From: Candidatus Acidiferrales bacterium
Lineage (GTDB): Bacteria; Acidobacteriota; Terriglobia; Bryobacterales; Bryobacteraceae
Length of the DNA stretch: 64,000 nucleotides
Assembly: GCA_035570275.1 (NCBI GenBank)
Contig: DATMNI010000373.1
Coordinates: forward strand, 38,464 to 102,463
Direction: 5' to 3'
Of the stretch, positions 63,377 through 64,000 are shown one piece after another. The notes beneath the pieces are model-generated. The model was not told the origin of the DNA, ran no database searches, and was given only the letters and a program-made list of their open reading frames with translations. Numbering within the stretch: the first letter of the stretch is position 1; every line of letters starts with the position of its first letter. The translations under genes were made by a program, and so were the position numbers.

Positions 63377-64000
63377 ATGCCGCTGTCCACGCGACTGGGT
63401 TTTCAATTCGACAAACGAGTTCAGATCAAAGGTGCGTCCTTCTCGGGCAAGTCCATCAAAGTGACCGACTCGGGCCCCAGCTTCGTATACGCGGAGGTCA
63501 GAGACACCCAACTTTATAGCGTCCGCCTGGTCTACCAGGACGGCAAGCTCCTGGTTTCTTGCGGCTGTCCCTATTACCTGGATTTCGGGCAATGCAAGCA
63601 TCTCTGGGCCGTGGTTTTGGAAGCCGACCGGCGCGCCGTGTTGCAGGAGGCGCTGAAGGCCCGGTACCTGGAAATCGAAGACGTTTTGGCGGAAGATGAC
63701 GACTTGGCCGCCGAGGACCCGGAGCCGGAGCCCAATTACGACTACAGTTACGATTACCGGCGGCCTCGGTACCCGATAGTACCGCCGCCGCCCCCAATTC
63801 CGGCGTGGCAGGAGTATCTGGGCGCCATCCACCGCGGCCTGGAGCAACGGAAGCCGCAGCCTGCCAACCTGGGGCGGGACTCCGAAACCCTGTTCGCGAT
63901 CGACGTTCCGTCCTCCAGGACCACCGGCGCGGTGGTGCTCGAAATGCTCACTCGTACCCGGAAAAAGGACGGCGAGTGGAGCGTTCCCAAGGAGTTACGG
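63377..64000 (+). CDS. SWIM zinc-finger protein, 5' part only (runs off the window; likely N-terminus of an SNF2-family helicase)
   Basis: Open frame from the ATG at 63377 to the window end. SWIM motif CGCPYYLDFGQCKHLWAV. This architecture typically precedes an SNF2 ATPase. Confidence 0.6.
   Translation, partial: MPLSTRLGFQFDKRVQIKGASFSGKSIKVTDSGPSFVYAEVRDTQLYSVRLVYQDGKLLVSCGCPYYLDFGQCKHLWAVVLEADRRAVLQEALKARYLEIEDVLAEDDDLAAEDPEPEPNYDYSYDYRRPRYPIVPPPPPIPAWQEYLGAIHRGLEQRKPQPANLGRDSETLFAIDVPSSRTTGAVVLEMLTRTRKKDGEWSVPKELR

Noticed and set aside
1-64000. Whole-window scan for rRNA, tRNA, CRISPR arrays, integrase/att sites and prophage genes.
   Set aside because: None recognised by eye. This negative is provisional, because no tRNAscan, Infernal or CRISPR finder could be run.

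Overview
High-GC, gene-dense bacterial chromosomal window with about 55 protein genes. By eye I found no rRNA, tRNA or CRISPR array. Lineage markers point to an Acidobacteriota (Solibacter/Bryobacter-like) genome. These markers are a PadR regulator next to an ADOP/FtsX duplicated permease, two CarboxypepD_reg-type TonB-dependent receptors, a TIGR03435-type C-terminal remnant, a PEP-CTERM protein and an SBBP beta-propeller protein. Housekeeping and core genes recognised from motifs are larB, lnt, lipA, lexA, dtd, nikR, acpS, an FKBP isomerase, an SPFH/NfeD pair, sorAB-like sulfite dehydrogenase, a vapBC-type TA pair, an APC permease and a SulP permease. The accessory part runs from about 38.0 to 58.7 kb. 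It starts with a 1.2-kb 'empty' gap that hides a decayed RES/Xre toxin-antitoxin pair. Next comes a 1256-aa secreted SBBP propeller protein with 438-bp tandem repeats and a low-GC chimeric 3' end. It ends with a roughly 15-kb Wzm/Wzt (ABC-transporter-dependent) glycan locus. That locus holds a free-standing repeat coiled-coil protein plus a methyltransferase, diamino-sugar genes, multidomain glycosyltransferases, two IS remnants and a frameshifted glycosyltransferase paralog fragment. My best candidate for something new is the coiled-coil/methyltransferase module, a possible split WbdD-like ruler/terminator. Other points worth a second look are a Tat-exported PLP aminotransferase coupled to a STAS-less SulP, an S9 peptidase homolog without the Ser/His catalytic residues, a double-hairpin REP-like repeat family, and several in-frame stops or frameshifts. 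All function calls come from motif recognition by eye; no searches were run.
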